Positions 64,934-78,713 of a stretch of 124,000 nucleotides of DNA are shown here, piece after piece. This DNA comes from Wallemia ichthyophaga EXF-994 (taxonomy: Eukaryota; Fungi; Basidiomycota), in assembly GCF_000400465.1 (NCBI RefSeq), contig NW_008806280.1, positions 144,001-268,000 of the forward strand, given 5' to 3'. How positions within the stretch are numbered: the stretch's first letter is position 1; each line of letters opens with the position of its first letter. The notes under the pieces were generated by a model. It was given only the letters and a program-made list of their open reading frames with translations, was not told where the DNA came from and searched no databases. A program made the position numbers and the translations under genes.

Positions 64934-67814
64934 ATGTCCGGAATGACAGTACGTCGATTGACGCGTCCAGCGTTCTTGACTAACATATGCACAAGGTTTT
65001 TAAGCGCGACGGCCGTAAAGAAAGCGTAGCCTTTGATAAGTGGGTTTTTCTAACACGCGTAACCGTCTCTAAACGTGATTTTCAGAATCACAGCGAGAAT
65101 CAATAAGCTTTGCTATGGACTTGATTCAAATCACGTAGACCCAATTGAGATTACAAAGAAGGTCGTACAAGGTGTTCACCAGGGCATCACCACCGTCGAG
65201 CTCGACAATTTAGCTGCCGAAACGGCTGCATACCTCACTGTAAAAGTAGGTTGGTCACTGTACAATCATATACCCACGAATCTCACATCCATCACTAGCA
65301 CCCTGATTACGCTGTACTCGCAGCTAGAATAGCCATTTCAAACTTACACAAGGAAACCAAGAAGGCTTTTTCGGCTGTTATCGAAGATCTCTACAAATAT
65401 GTAAATCCAAGAAATGGCAAGCCAGGTCCACTTATTAGCGACGAGACGTATGATATAATAATGAAAAACCGCGGCGTACTTGACTCTGCTATCCTCTACG
65501 ATCGCGATTTTAACTACAATTTGTGAGTTGGGTTTTGTGCATACTAGCATCCTAACATTCTCATAGCTTTGGTTTTAAGACTCTTGAAAGATCATACCTT
65601 CTTCGTATAAATGGCAAGGTCGCAGAGCGTCCACAGCACATGTTGATGCGTGTAGCAGTTGGAATCCACGGTGCAGACATCGAGCGCGTTATCGAAACTT
65701 ATAACCTTATGTCAATCAAGGCATTTACGCACGCCAGTCCAACCCTCTTCAATGCTGGTACACCACAGCCTCAAATGTCCTCGTGCTTCTTGGTTACTAT
65801 GCAAGACGACTCCATTGAAGGCATTTACGATACTCTCAAGTCTTGTGCCCTTATTTCAAAGACTGCAGGTGGTATCGGTTTAAACATACACTGCATTCGT
65901 GCAACCGGATCTTACATTTCTGGTACTAATGGTTCTTCAAATGGTATCGTACCAATGCTCAGAGCATTTGATGCAACAGCACGTTACGTTGATCAAGGTG
66001 GTAATAAGAGACCTGGTGCTTTTGCCATCTACCTTGAGCCATGGCACCCTGACGTCTTTGAGTTCTTGGATTTGCGTAAAAACCACGGTAAGGAAGAAGT
66101 CAGAGCCCGTGATTTATTCTATGCTTTATGGATACCAGACTTGTTCATGCAACGTGTTCAAGAGAACGGTGACTGGCCTTTGTTCTGCCCACACGAAGCA
66201 CCTGGCTTACATGAGGTTTGGGGTAAAGAATTTGAGCAACTCTTCTTCAAGTACGAGAGAGAAGGTAGATCAAAGAAGGTGGTCAAAGCACAAAAGCTTT
66301 GGTACTCTATTCTCGACTCACAAGTCGAGACTGGTGGTCCATTCATGTTATACAAAGATCACGCAAATGCCAAGTCTAACCAACAAAACCTTGGTACAAT
66401 CAAGAACTCAAACTTGTGCACAGAGATTATTGAATACTCTGCGCCTGACGAAGTTGCCGTGTGTAACCTCGCTTCGATCGCTTTACCATCATACATCAAA
66501 GATCGCAGGTTCGACTTTAAGGAATTGCATAAGGTTACAAAAGTACTTACTCGCAACCTCAACCGTATCATTGATGTGAATTACTATCCAGTAAAGGAGG
66601 CTCGTAACTCTAACATGCGCCATCGTCCAATTGGTTTGGGTGTTCAAGGTCTTGCGGATGCATTCCAACTGTTAAGATTTCCTTTCAGCTCAGAAGAAGC
66701 AAGGTTACTCAACAAGCAAATATTTGAAACCATCTACCACGCTGCCGTTGAATCATCCACAGAACTTGCTACCGAATTCGGTCCATATGAGACTTATCAA
66801 GGCAGTCCAGCTAGCAAGGGACAGTTGCAATATGATTTATGGAATGTTCAACCCACTAATTTATGGGACTGGAATGATTTGAAGCAGAAGGTGGCTCGTT
66901 GTGGTTTGAGAAATTCACTTTTAGTCGCACCAATGCCAACAGCTTCAACATCACAAATATTAGGATTCAATGAGTGCTTTGAACCTTATACATCAAATAT
67001 TTACACAAGAAGAGTTTTATCTGGAGAATTCCAGATAGTAAACCCATGGCTGTTGAAGGACTTGTGTGAGTTGGGATTATGGAATGATGGTATGAAGAAC
67101 AAGATTATTGCGCACGGTGGATCAATTCAGAATATCTCAGAAATTCCATATGAGATCAAGGAACTGTACAAGACGGTTTGGGAAATAAGTCAGAAGGTTG
67201 TCATAGATTTGGCTGCTGATAGAGGGGCGTTCATTGATCAAAGTCAGAGTTTGAATGTTCATTTGGCGTCACCAACCCATGCACAGCTAACATCTATGCA
67301 TTTCTATGCTCACAAGAGAGGATTGAAGACTGGTATGTACTACTTGCGCACACGTCCACAATCAGCAGCTATTCAATTCACTGTCGACAAGGAAGCATTA
67401 GATGAGGCGAAGAGTGCACAAAGTGGCAAGTCAACACCAACAAGTGCACCAACACCACCCAATATACTCAATGGAGTTGAAAGAATGAAGTTGGAGGATA
67501 AGAATAGTAGCACGCGCTCGAATGCAGCGAGAAATGTTTCAACGCCAGTAAGAGCAGCCACCATTTCAAGAGCAGTGAGTGGAATTGAGAATACGTCATC
67601 AATCAAGCGCACGCTGTCTTCTCACATTGACATTGAGAATGATGAGAACAACCAACCAAGAGGAGAAGAAATAGTGGCTGGTGAAGAAACGGAAGATGAA
67701 GATGAAATTGATTTTGAGACAGCCAAAGCGAGAATGGAAGCTAAGCAACTCGAGCAAGAGAAGCTTATTTGTAGCATTGAGAACAAGGAAGCGTGTGTGA
67801 TGTGTAGCGGATGA
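64934..67814 (+). CDS. RNR1: Ribonucleotide reductase large subunit
   Basis: ATP cone [40 protein letters not shown] end. Confidence 0.97.
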
Positions 67815-67918
67815 AATTATATATTTTAACGAACTTGAATGTTAATATTTATATTTTACATTTTGTGTCTAGTATTTCCAATACGCCGGTTTAAACGTTG
67901 ATCTGTTTCAACCAAACA

Positions 67919-69064
67919 ATGCAATCGCCGCAATGGAAAATTCATGAGTGAGTTAAATTTACGGCTTTGGATGGTGATTTGATAGTACATTTGTATTTCC
68001 AGCGCCTTGGTTCAAGCCTCCTCGTCACAGCTAACGTAATACAGTTCAACATTGGCTGGCGGTGCAGCGGGCGTGGTGGCAAGCGTGCTTACATGTCCAT
68101 TAGACGTAATAAAAACTAGACTACAAGCTCAAAAGAAGTCCAAAGGACACACGCTGGATGGTGTAATTGGTTGGTTCACCAATTTTGTCGTCGGATTGCG
68201 GTATTTGGCGCTAACATTACGATTTATAGATACGGTAAAGAAAATATCTCATGAACAAGGATACAAAGGTTATTACAAAGGATTGGGTCCGACGATACTT
68301 GGCTATCTTCCAACTTGGGCCATTTACTTTACAGTTTATGACGAGGTCAAGGCTATTCTTTCAAGCAAGCGAGGTGTGTAGACTTTTATATGCTACAATG
68401 CTATTTCTTACTTAGGAATCAAGGTGACCCCGATGGAGTAGATTGGTCAACTCATATGATTGCATCTGCTAGTGCGGGCGCTACAGGCGCAACTCTCACC
68501 AACCCATTGTGGGTGGTAAAAACAAGATTCATGGTGAGATTCTTTGGTTATTTGCGGATTCATTGCTTATTCCTTGCCTAGACTCAGGAGAAGGGAACGA
68601 TACCATATAGACATACTTTACACGCTTTGGAATCCATTTATAAGAATGAAGGGATGAAAGGTTTCTATAAAGGATTGATACCGTCACTGGTCGGAGTGAC
68701 GCACGTAGTAATTCAATTCCCGGTGTACGAAAGACTCAAGTTGAAAATGAAGAAGGCTGATAATGGTGAATTATCTACTATTTCACTTCTCGCCTGCTCT
68801 TCAATATCCAAAATGATGGCATCAGTTTCGACTTATCCACACGAAGTAGTCAGGACGCGACTCCAGGTGGAGAGGAGGTATCACCACGGACTTAATAATA
68901 GAAAGATACTTACAGTCATTAATGACATTTTATCGGAATCAGGATTTAAAGGTTTGTACAAAGGACTATCGGTGACGTTACTTCGAACGGTCCCAAATAG
69001 TGCGATGACATTGTTAGCGTACGAAATGATTATGTCAGAGTTAAGCAAATCAAGGCGAAAGTAA
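67919..69064 (+). CDS. Mitochondrial NAD+ carrier (Ndt1/Yia6-like)
   Basis: CPLDVIKTRLQ, NPLWVVKTRFM, YPHEVVRTRLQ. Confidence 0.85.
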
Positions 69065-69165
69065 TTTATACCACTTGTATTCTAATCTGTTAAATTTTAT
69101 CTGGCACATGACATAGCCCTGTGCCTAAGGATGCGGTGCACCAAACATTTTATTAACCGACAGCG

Positions 69166-69682
69166 ATGAACTTACTCAAAACACTTAGTGTAATTGGATT
69201 GATCGTAGCAGCTAGCGCTGCTCCAGCCGGCTCAGTGAGTATTGCTCGATAAAATGCGGATTGGCCACTGACATGATACAACCCAGTCAGCACAGAATGA
69301 ACATGCAGCTACCGTAGATAAGGTTAGTGGGCACCTATCAAGTGAGGTAGAGCTAAGGCTTATAAAACAATCCTCGCAGAGAGACTTTGGAGACTTTATT
69401 CAAGGCGCTGAAGATACTGGCGAAGATATAAAGGATTTCTTCACCGGAGAAAAGCGTGATTGGATGGATAAAACTTCAGACTTTTTCGACAATATTGGAG
69501 ACGCCTTCACCGGCGATGACGATAAGCAAAAGCGCGATTGGGTTGAGGACGCTTCAAATTTCTTCGATAACATTGGAGACGCCTTCACCGGCGATGACGA
69601 CAAGCAAAAGCGCGATTGGATCGACGATATCGGACAATTCAGTGAGAACGTCAAGGATATGTTCGATGGTGATGATAAGTAG
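69166..69682 (+). CDS. Secreted Kex2-processed repeat protein (KEP), 135 aa
   Basis: Exons 69166-69234, 69287-69322, 69380-69682; signal peptide MNLLKTLSVIGLIVAASA; four KR sites; 78 bp repeat units. Confidence 0.85.
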
Positions 69683-69798
69683 AACACAACGGCGGCTTAG
69701 CGGCTTGTAAATAAATTGCACTGTAAAATCATGGGATATGACAATGCTTGGATTTGTATAATTCTTCTGGTTGAACCATCTACACGGTGCTGAGATAG

Positions 69799-71736
69799 AT
69801 GGAAAATACTGTGACAAGCCATTTCAATGTCGATAAGGAGGAATATATTAGACTTGTACTACAATCACTCAAAGACCTTGATTTATCGTGAGCACAGAAT
69901 TCCTCCTATTCTGCTATCACTGACGACCTCATTAGCAGCAGCTTCAATTGCCTATCACAAGAATCCGGCGTGGAGTTGGAATCTGATACCGTCACTCAAT
70001 TACGCTCTTCTATTTTACAAGGCAATTGGTCCACTGCCGTTCATTTAATCGATAAACTCAATGTGGACCACTATGAAGCACTGAATTCAAAGATTATTCT
70101 TAATAAGCAGCATTATCTTGAATCTTTGGAATGCGGCGATGATAAATCCGCTATTAATATCCTCCGACATTCTTTGGTTCCACTAATTCAGTCTGATCCA
70201 TGTCAAGTTCAGTTATTGTCGAGGTTGGTTTGGCTGTTTGATTTGAGCGCCATTTAACTTAGATTCTCAGTTGGCTCATGTGTAGCTCACCCGCAGAATT
70301 ACGTCAAAGAGCCCATTGGGATGGTTCAAATATGACATCACGATCAAAGCTACTCGATAGCTTACAATCTTACATAAAACCTTCAATTATGCTACCACAA
70401 AGCAGACTTTTCAATCTACTCAACCAAGCAAAGCTTTATCAATCACGTAATAACCGTTATAGCAGCATACATGACGAAAATCTAAACTTCTCTCTCTTAA
70501 ATGATTACCATCAGGACAACTCAACGTTCCCAAATTTCAACTCTCTCACTGTCAAAGCACACTTTGATGAAATCTGGCATTGTTGCTTTAGTCACAACGG
70601 TAATTATCTTGCAACGTCATCTCGTGATAAATCTGTTGTCATTTGGGAGGTTGATGTTGTTCGGCAGATCTTCAGAAAGTCTTTGACTATCTTAAATCAT
70701 GACGAAGATATAAGTGCTATCTCTTGGTCTAATGATGATACTATACTCCTCACTGCTGCGGAGGAGACTATATACATTCATCATACTGTAACTGGCAATA
70801 GTATCAACAGCTATCAAGGCGCTCATGAGCATGATGAGACTATCTCAAGCCTATTGTGGGTAAACGATGACTCTAAATTCTACTCAACCGGGCTTGATCA
70901 GAAGGTTATTGAATGGAGTCACAACGGCGCAGTGCTGCACAAGTGGAATGACCTACCCATACGCATAATGGACGCTGCTCTTACACCAGATCAGACAAAG
71001 CTTGTAGTCGCTGGTCCTGACGGTCCTCAGCCGACTGTTGGACAAGATGGCACGTTAAGTTACAATGAGGAGATGCGTCATCTAATGGTGTATGACACTG
71101 AATCAAGAACTTGTTTGTGGTAAGAATGTCTTGGTCTTTTGCTTCATGTCTTGCTTACTTTGATATATTAGGCAAGTCGAGATGAAGAATGAAATATCGT
71201 CTCTCAAAGTATCTTCTGACTCCACCAAAGTAATTGTCAACTACGCGCCTGATGAGATACAAATATGGAGTCTGACAGACCAATGTCTGCTCAAGAAGCT
71301 CTTCGGCCACAAGCAATCTAAACATGTAATTAAGTCGTCTTTTGGAGGGTTGGACGAGGGCTTTGTTTTGAGCGGTAGCGAGGGTTAGAAAGCTGCATTT
71401 GAACTGTCTTTTACTGACTCTATTTCAGATGCTGCCATCTATGTATGGCATCTTCAATCAGGAGAACTCATGGAGATACTCAAAGGACACGAGAAAGGTT
71501 GCGTAAACTCAGTAGCGTGGTCACCGACAATGCCGTTGATATGTTCTGTCGGCGATGATCGCACAATACGTATGTGGTCAACAAGGACATCTTCCAGCAA
71601 GCATACAGAGCTCAACCTGCTAGAAAACGAAGGCGATGAGGGCTCCATGCATGGTATCGAAGGTGGCGTGGAAGTTGACGATGAGGAGGTAGACGAAGCT
71701 ATCGATGAGGTCGATTATCACATAGCTGATCAGTAG
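69799..71736 (+). CDS. GID7: WD40 protein Gid7/WDR26
   Basis: LisH (EEYIRLVLQSLKDL), CTLH, MLPQSRLFNLL, WD repeats, LSGSED. Confidence 0.88.
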
Positions 71737-71939
71737 CAACTATCATCAGTTTGATTATATCCATAAATTACTTATATGCATTTGGTTTGTTGATAAATTA
71801 GATGGCCTTGTGTTCGTTACTCGTAACTTTGAGAATAAAGTCTGCTTTCAATAGTTACCCTTACTCAGTCATAAAAGTACCAAAAATTCAAAGCGATGAT
71901 AAAACTCTGTCAAAGCATTGTTAAATTTCTGAGAGCTTG

Positions 71940-74387
71940 AATATTACTTAACAGCTGTATCCCTTGGATCCTTAAATACTGGATCTGAGACTCATCTCTG
72001 TATATGATAGGGTGATTTGAATGTTAATTTAATACTATCTAAAGCGTTTTGAAGAAATCTATTGAGCTAAATACGCTCAAGGCACCTTGCAAATGACCAA
72101 GTAAGTGAGAAGTCGAATGCAAATAGGATTACTATGAACGATGTCACGCGCTTCATATATAAATAAACAAATATGTCTAGCTGATGAAGACAAGTAGCAC
72201 CCAATCAGCTCAGAATTTCGGCTGTATAAACGTGATTTACGTTCTCCGACAATTAGCGTCCACAGGATTTCATGCTGGCTCCAAGGAGACTTTATTTTTA
72301 TGACCAGTAGTGCATTTCGAAATTTCAAACAATAGGGTTTGACAGGTATTATAGACTGGATTGGAATCTTAGATGTTATGATTTTAGGAACAAATATTTT
72401 TAGATCTTAAATCACACTCACTGCATTATGTCAAATTTAGCTGGACGAGTGTAGAGCAAATTACTTAAGTTATTCATGATAAGGGCATTTGAATTCTTCT
72501 CACACAGGTACTCTGCACATAATGATATCTAAATCTCCCCACTTTGTACTACCGATGATGCTGTAAAAAATACGTCATTGAGCATGGTATTTTCGACTGT
72601 GAGAGGGGAAGCATGGTAAAAAATAATCCTGAGTGTATTAGAGCTACATTTAAGCTATCTAAGAATCTAATAGCACTCTTCAGCCTTCAAACGACGGTAT
72701 GTCCACGAAAGGAAGACGTGATATTGACGCGCTTAACTATAAGTTCAGCGTTGTAATTTGAAGGCGTACTTTTCTTTCGCTTATCAGTCACCAAAAATGC
72801 TGTCAATAATTCCAAACTCCACCTGTTCTTCCCTCCCTAACTGCCTCAATACCCGTATCTGCTGGTACCACTCCTCAGTAGTCATCGCAACTCAATAAGC
72901 TGAAACAATAATTCCTCAATAATACACTAGGAAAGCTCGCTGTCTTGTTGTATGCAAGATACGCTAGGAATTCAAGTTGCGTGATCCTCTTGTTTAGGCA
73001 GCGCAAGAATATACGTCGTCCAAATTTCAGAGACTAATGATGTCAACTCATCAAACGATACCAAGAGAACATACGATATATATCTTATTCTCTTTCCTTC
73101 TGTCAAAGTGTCATATCGCTGACTTTTCTCGTCAACGCTTTCGGTTGTGTGGTCGGATAGTCACTGGTCGCCGGACATTCATTCTGAATCGATAGTGAGT
73201 CATCGTCGGAAAACTTCATGTTCACTTTATTCCATCTGCTCATTCGCTGTACAAACCGTTCCTCAACCCAGCAGTCGAAAACTTAAAAGAATTGCAGTCT
73301 TGTTAATTACGAGATGCCACGAGCCACGCTAATTTTTAACTGTATCTTAACATCATAACTAATATAATTATAATATCTGACATTGCTTAAGTCACTAGTC
73401 TGAATCTGTTAGGTGACAAACCCAATATTAATCCCAAGCCCTTTTTATCGTCACGCTCTCTCTTCGCCGTCTCGTAAACGTCTTTTACCTTCTCCTCGTA
73501 GCCTTATCGGATAAACCTCCAGGACAGATTTCAAGCAGAACACTTTAAAGGTCACGCTATTTTTATATTACATTCTAATTAATTATTATAATGGATGTTA
73601 AATTTACTGTACAAGTCATTTCTCAAGTACAACTCTGAACCTTAACAGTGCCTTAACAAACTTTGTGATGGAATTAAATTGCTAAGATGAGTTATCGATG
73701 TGAAACAAAAACTTTTATAGAAAAGGGGTAATGGTTGCAATGGCCGGAGTCGTCAAAATCCACGTCATGGCTGTATCTTAATTAACAGAATTACCGAACC
73801 CTGCACGCTTCGAAAAAGAAGAATAAAATTGCTTAAAACGATATGCATTATCAAAATACAAAGATAATTATGCAAATATCAGAATGTAATTGGATCCGCT
73901 AGTCCAAATAATTGCGTAAGGTTAAGACAAATTGAACACAGTCCCAAAAAGGTATCCATTTGTCATTGAGTTTTCTAAGATATCTCTGATTAATACGCAC
74001 TCACTATTTATAATAGCAATTTGGTCACGATTCATAAAAACACTGGCACTGAGGAAAGGATAAGATTGAGGAGAAAAGAAAAGTGAACCAAACAGACAGC
74101 CGTTCAGCCATTTGTATGTTAAAAGTCCAGAAATCATGACATAATATTCTAAATCGCAATATCCTTGAAAAACGATAATGTACATGCTCTAGCTACGATG
74201 AAGAGTAAATAGACGTAAAAAGTAAGCCTGATAATTATTTCTGGGCATTTCCATTGCTGGAAAGCAGGTAACGTCTATGTGTTTATCGAAATCGCATTTA
74301 ACCTCCATTTGACATATGAAATGTTCACATTGATTTGATTCAAAATCATAGAGATCCGTGGGTCTGACAATTTATTCGGTTCACTTG
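71940..74387 (+). repeat. Left arm of 2448 bp inverted repeat
   Basis: Reverse complement of 76092-78539; mirrored coordinates sum to 150479 at both ends and at three mirrored ORFs. Confidence 0.97.
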
Positions 74388-76091
74388 AATGCTCAATTTT
74401 TATGTTTAAAGCTTCCATTATAATTCAACTTGTGCACTTCAAAAATTGCTTAAATATTCAGTCGAATTGTGGAACAAGCCATGAATGAATAAATTTTACA
74501 CATTAATTCCCAAAAAGGTTGTGAAATTCGATGAGTGACAGATAATTCTGGACATCTGTTTATCGAGAAAAACTGGATCAATCAATTTAAAAATTAAATC
74601 ACCACCCAGTTGAATTAACCGTTACAATATAGAGACATGGCGATCAGTCTTGAGTGATATACAAAGCCTAAATTAGCTTTGAAGAAGTCATATATTTAGA
74701 CAATTTTTGAAGTCAATTTCCAAGACTGCAAAGTTGAAGATTTGTTGATCTAGTACAAAATAGATGTTCTGCAAGAAGCTTCTTTTTCTTGTCAAAGATC
74801 ATTCTAACTGTATGAGCGTGATTAATAATTATGCTTATTGTCAATCTTAGTTAGTACTTTAAACCCGGAAAATTGTCAGTTTGAAGTGACCGTATCTTGA
74901 TTAGATCCGTGTCAGAAGCTCGATTTCGACAAAATAACTTCGAAATCTAACTTGCGCCAAATCATGATAAAAAAAACACATCAATCAATGGCAGATAAAT
75001 TTTTTTAGTCCATATAGATTTCCCTACACATTATATATCACTATAAAACAAAATAGCGCTAGCTTTATTAACCTAAAGTTTTCGATGGCTTATTATATAT
75101 ATTATACAACGATTTACTCTTACAAGTGTCAGTTTTGTGAAGTTTTTTTAAAGTTAGATCAATACTCGTTAGAATAATATTTTAATCGAACATGTTTTAG
75201 TTAGCTTAAGCGTAAGGAGAAGTAACTTCAAGAATAGACACATCAGTAAATGATGACAGCCGATAAAATGAACGAAGCTTGAAAAACTTCAACGTGATAC
75301 TGTTTCATAAGATGGAGAGAATGTGCCGATTAATACCCTATTGGTTTTTCTAACATTTTTTATTGTTACGTTTTTGATCTAATTAATAATATATATCTTT
75401 TAATGGTCGGGTGCAAAATAATCTCTTAAATGAAAGGTCTCCACCTCTATCAATTCATGGCTTCGTCTCAAATTCCATGTTTTATTATCTATGAATATTT
75501 TTCGGAATAAATGCAGTCATTGTTACCTGCATTCTTTAATCTAAATCAATTATTCAGGAAGTTGGAACATCTGTAGTTCTAACATCCGTAAATAAACCCA
75601 TAGTCGTGGCTAGTTTGTGGATGGCATAAAATCTTCGACTAATCCGAAGTACTTAAAAAGCGAAATTGGAAAAAATTTAACATTCACACACAATTTGCTA
75701 AAATGCTAATCATTTTGTCAAATATACTCATTTTGTCCATCCGTTTTATGCAATTATTTGAAGCATGTCCATGTTAAAAATAGTGAGCTGTTGATCGTAA
75801 GTCGATGTTTGGTTATAATCTAGGATGACCTTTTTATAAAACGATGAATGGGCTACAACAAAATAGTATTCTTTTTTAGTTCACAAGTACTACATTGACT
75901 TTCGTAAACATTAGCCTTTGACTTTTTATAACAATTTTTAGCTTCATGATCTTCATAGTGCGCTTTTATTTTCAAATAACATTGTGTTGACATGAACTTG
76001 AGTTAATAATTTCCCCGTGACTCAATCCCTCAGATCTCTTGTTGTGAGATTACACTGTTTCGCTGAGTTTAAAACACATAACATTTTAATC
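74388..76091. other. AT-rich unique core between inverted repeats; candidate centromere core
   Basis: No ORF of 60 aa or more; three sampled 60-mers were 23-30% GC; centromere identity is inference. Confidence 0.6.
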
Positions 76092-78539
76092 CAAGTGAAC
76101 CGAATAAATTGTCAGACCCACGGATCTCTATGATTTTGAATCAAATCAATGTGAACATTTCATATGTCAAATGGAGGTTAAATGCGATTTCGATAAACAC
76201 ATAGACGTTACCTGCTTTCCAGCAATGGAAATGCCCAGAAATAATTATCAGGCTTACTTTTTACGTCTATTTACTCTTCATCGTAGCTAGAGCATGTACA
76301 TTATCGTTTTTCAAGGATATTGCGATTTAGAATATTATGTCATGATTTCTGGACTTTTAACATACAAATGGCTGAACGGCTGTCTGTTTGGTTCACTTTT
76401 CTTTTCTCCTCAATCTTATCCTTTCCTCAGTGCCAGTGTTTTTATGAATCGTGACCAAATTGCTATTATAAATAGTGAGTGCGTATTAATCAGAGATATC
76501 TTAGAAAACTCAATGACAAATGGATACCTTTTTGGGACTGTGTTCAATTTGTCTTAACCTTACGCAATTATTTGGACTAGCGGATCCAATTACATTCTGA
76601 TATTTGCATAATTATCTTTGTATTTTGATAATGCATATCGTTTTAAGCAATTTTATTCTTCTTTTTCGAAGCGTGCAGGGTTCGGTAATTCTGTTAATTA
76701 AGATACAGCCATGACGTGGATTTTGACGACTCCGGCCATTGCAACCATTACCCCTTTTCTATAAAAGTTTTTGTTTCACATCGATAACTCATCTTAGCAA
76801 TTTAATTCCATCACAAAGTTTGTTAAGGCACTGTTAAGGTTCAGAGTTGTACTTGAGAAATGACTTGTACAGTAAATTTAACATCCATTATAATAATTAA
76901 TTAGAATGTAATATAAAAATAGCGTGACCTTTAAAGTGTTCTGCTTGAAATCTGTCCTGGAGGTTTATCCGATAAGGCTACGAGGAGAAGGTAAAAGACG
77001 TTTACGAGACGGCGAAGAGAGAGCGTGACGATAAAAAGGGCTTGGGATTAATATTGGGTTTGTCACCTAACAGATTCAGACTAGTGACTTAAGCAATGTC
77101 AGATATTATAATTATATTAGTTATGATGTTAAGATACAGTTAAAAATTAGCGTGGCTCGTGACATCTCGTAATTAACAAGTCTGCAATTCTTTTAAGTTT
77201 TAGACTGCTGGGTTGAGGAACGGTTTGTACAGCGAATGAGCAGATGGAATAAAGTGAACATGAAGTTTTCCGACGATGACTCACTATCGATTCAGAATGA
77301 ATGTCCGGCGACCAGTGACTATCCGACCACACAACCGAAAGCGTTGACGAGAAAAGTCAGCGATATGACACTTTGACAGAAGGAAAGAGAATAAGATATA
77401 TATCGTATGTTCTCTTGGTATCGTTTGATGAGTTGACATCATTAGTCTCTGAAATTTGGACGACGTATATTCTTGCGCTGCCTAAACAAGAGGATCACGC
77501 AACTTGAATTCCTAGCGTATCTTGCATACAACAAGACAGCGAGCTTTCCTAGTGTATTATTGAGGAATTATTGTTTCAGCTTATTGAGTTGCGATGACTA
77601 CTGAGGAGTGGTACCAGCAGATACGGGTATTGAGGCAGTTAGGGAGGGAAGAACAGGTGGAGTTTGGAATTATTGACAGCATTTTTGGTGACTGATAAGC
77701 GAAAGAAAAGTACGCCTTCAAATTACAACGCTGAACTTATAGTTAAGCGCGTCAATATCACGTCTTCCTTTCGTGGACATACCGTCGTTTGAAGGCTGAA
77801 GAGTGCTATTAGATTCTTAGATAGCTTAAATGTAGCTCTAATACACTCAGGATTATTTTTTACCATGCTTCCCCTCTCACAGTCGAAAATACCATGCTCA
77901 ATGACGTATTTTTTACAGCATCATCGGTAGTACAAAGTGGGGAGATTTAGATATCATTATGTGCAGAGTACCTGTGTGAGAAGAATTCAAATGCCCTTAT
78001 CATGAATAACTTAAGTAATTTGCTCTACACTCGTCCAGCTAAATTTGACATAATGCAGTGAGTGTGATTTAAGATCTAAAAATATTTGTTCCTAAAATCA
78101 TAACATCTAAGATTCCAATCCAGTCTATAATACCTGTCAAACCCTATTGTTTGAAATTTCGAAATGCACTACTGGTCATAAAAATAAAGTCTCCTTGGAG
78201 CCAGCATGAAATCCTGTGGACGCTAATTGTCGGAGAACGTAAATCACGTTTATACAGCCGAAATTCTGAGCTGATTGGGTGCTACTTGTCTTCATCAGCT
78301 AGACATATTTGTTTATTTATATATGAAGCGCGTGACATCGTTCATAGTAATCCTATTTGCATTCGACTTCTCACTTACTTGGTCATTTGCAAGGTGCCTT
78401 GAGCGTATTTAGCTCAATAGATTTCTTCAAAACGCTTTAGATAGTATTAAATTAACATTCAAATCACCCTATCATATACAGAGATGAGTCTCAGATCCAG
78501 TATTTAAGGATCCAAGGGATACAACTGTTAAGCAATATT
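76092..78539 (-). repeat. Right arm of 2448 bp inverted repeat
   Basis: Reverse complement of 71940-74387 with few substitutions seen. Confidence 0.97.
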
Positions 78540-78713
78540 GAAACCCTTAGAAGTAATCAATTCGTGCATTTTTCTTCTGTATGCATTACTTGCATTAGTG
78601 AATGTGTGACTCAACCAGGAACGAGAAAGCGAAGGAATGATATATATTACATCAATCCGGTATATACCATTAAGAGACTACATCTATTATAATGTGCAAA
78701 GTATAAAATACAG

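Noticed and set aside
69420-69640. 78 bp direct repeats as CRISPR or pheromone precursor
   Set aside because: Eukaryotic in-frame coding repeats with no spacers; no CAAX motif of basidiomycete pheromones and no MAT genes nearby
72077-78402. Mirrored short ORFs (83, 61, 87 aa) as duplicated genes
   Set aside because: No protein-like motifs; they are by-products of the repeat and were used only as symmetry markers
71940-78539. Inverted repeat as a TIR/foldback transposon
   Set aside because: No transposase ORF inside, no target-site duplication in the flanks (GAGAGCTTG vs GAAACCCTT), and arms far longer than typical TIRs
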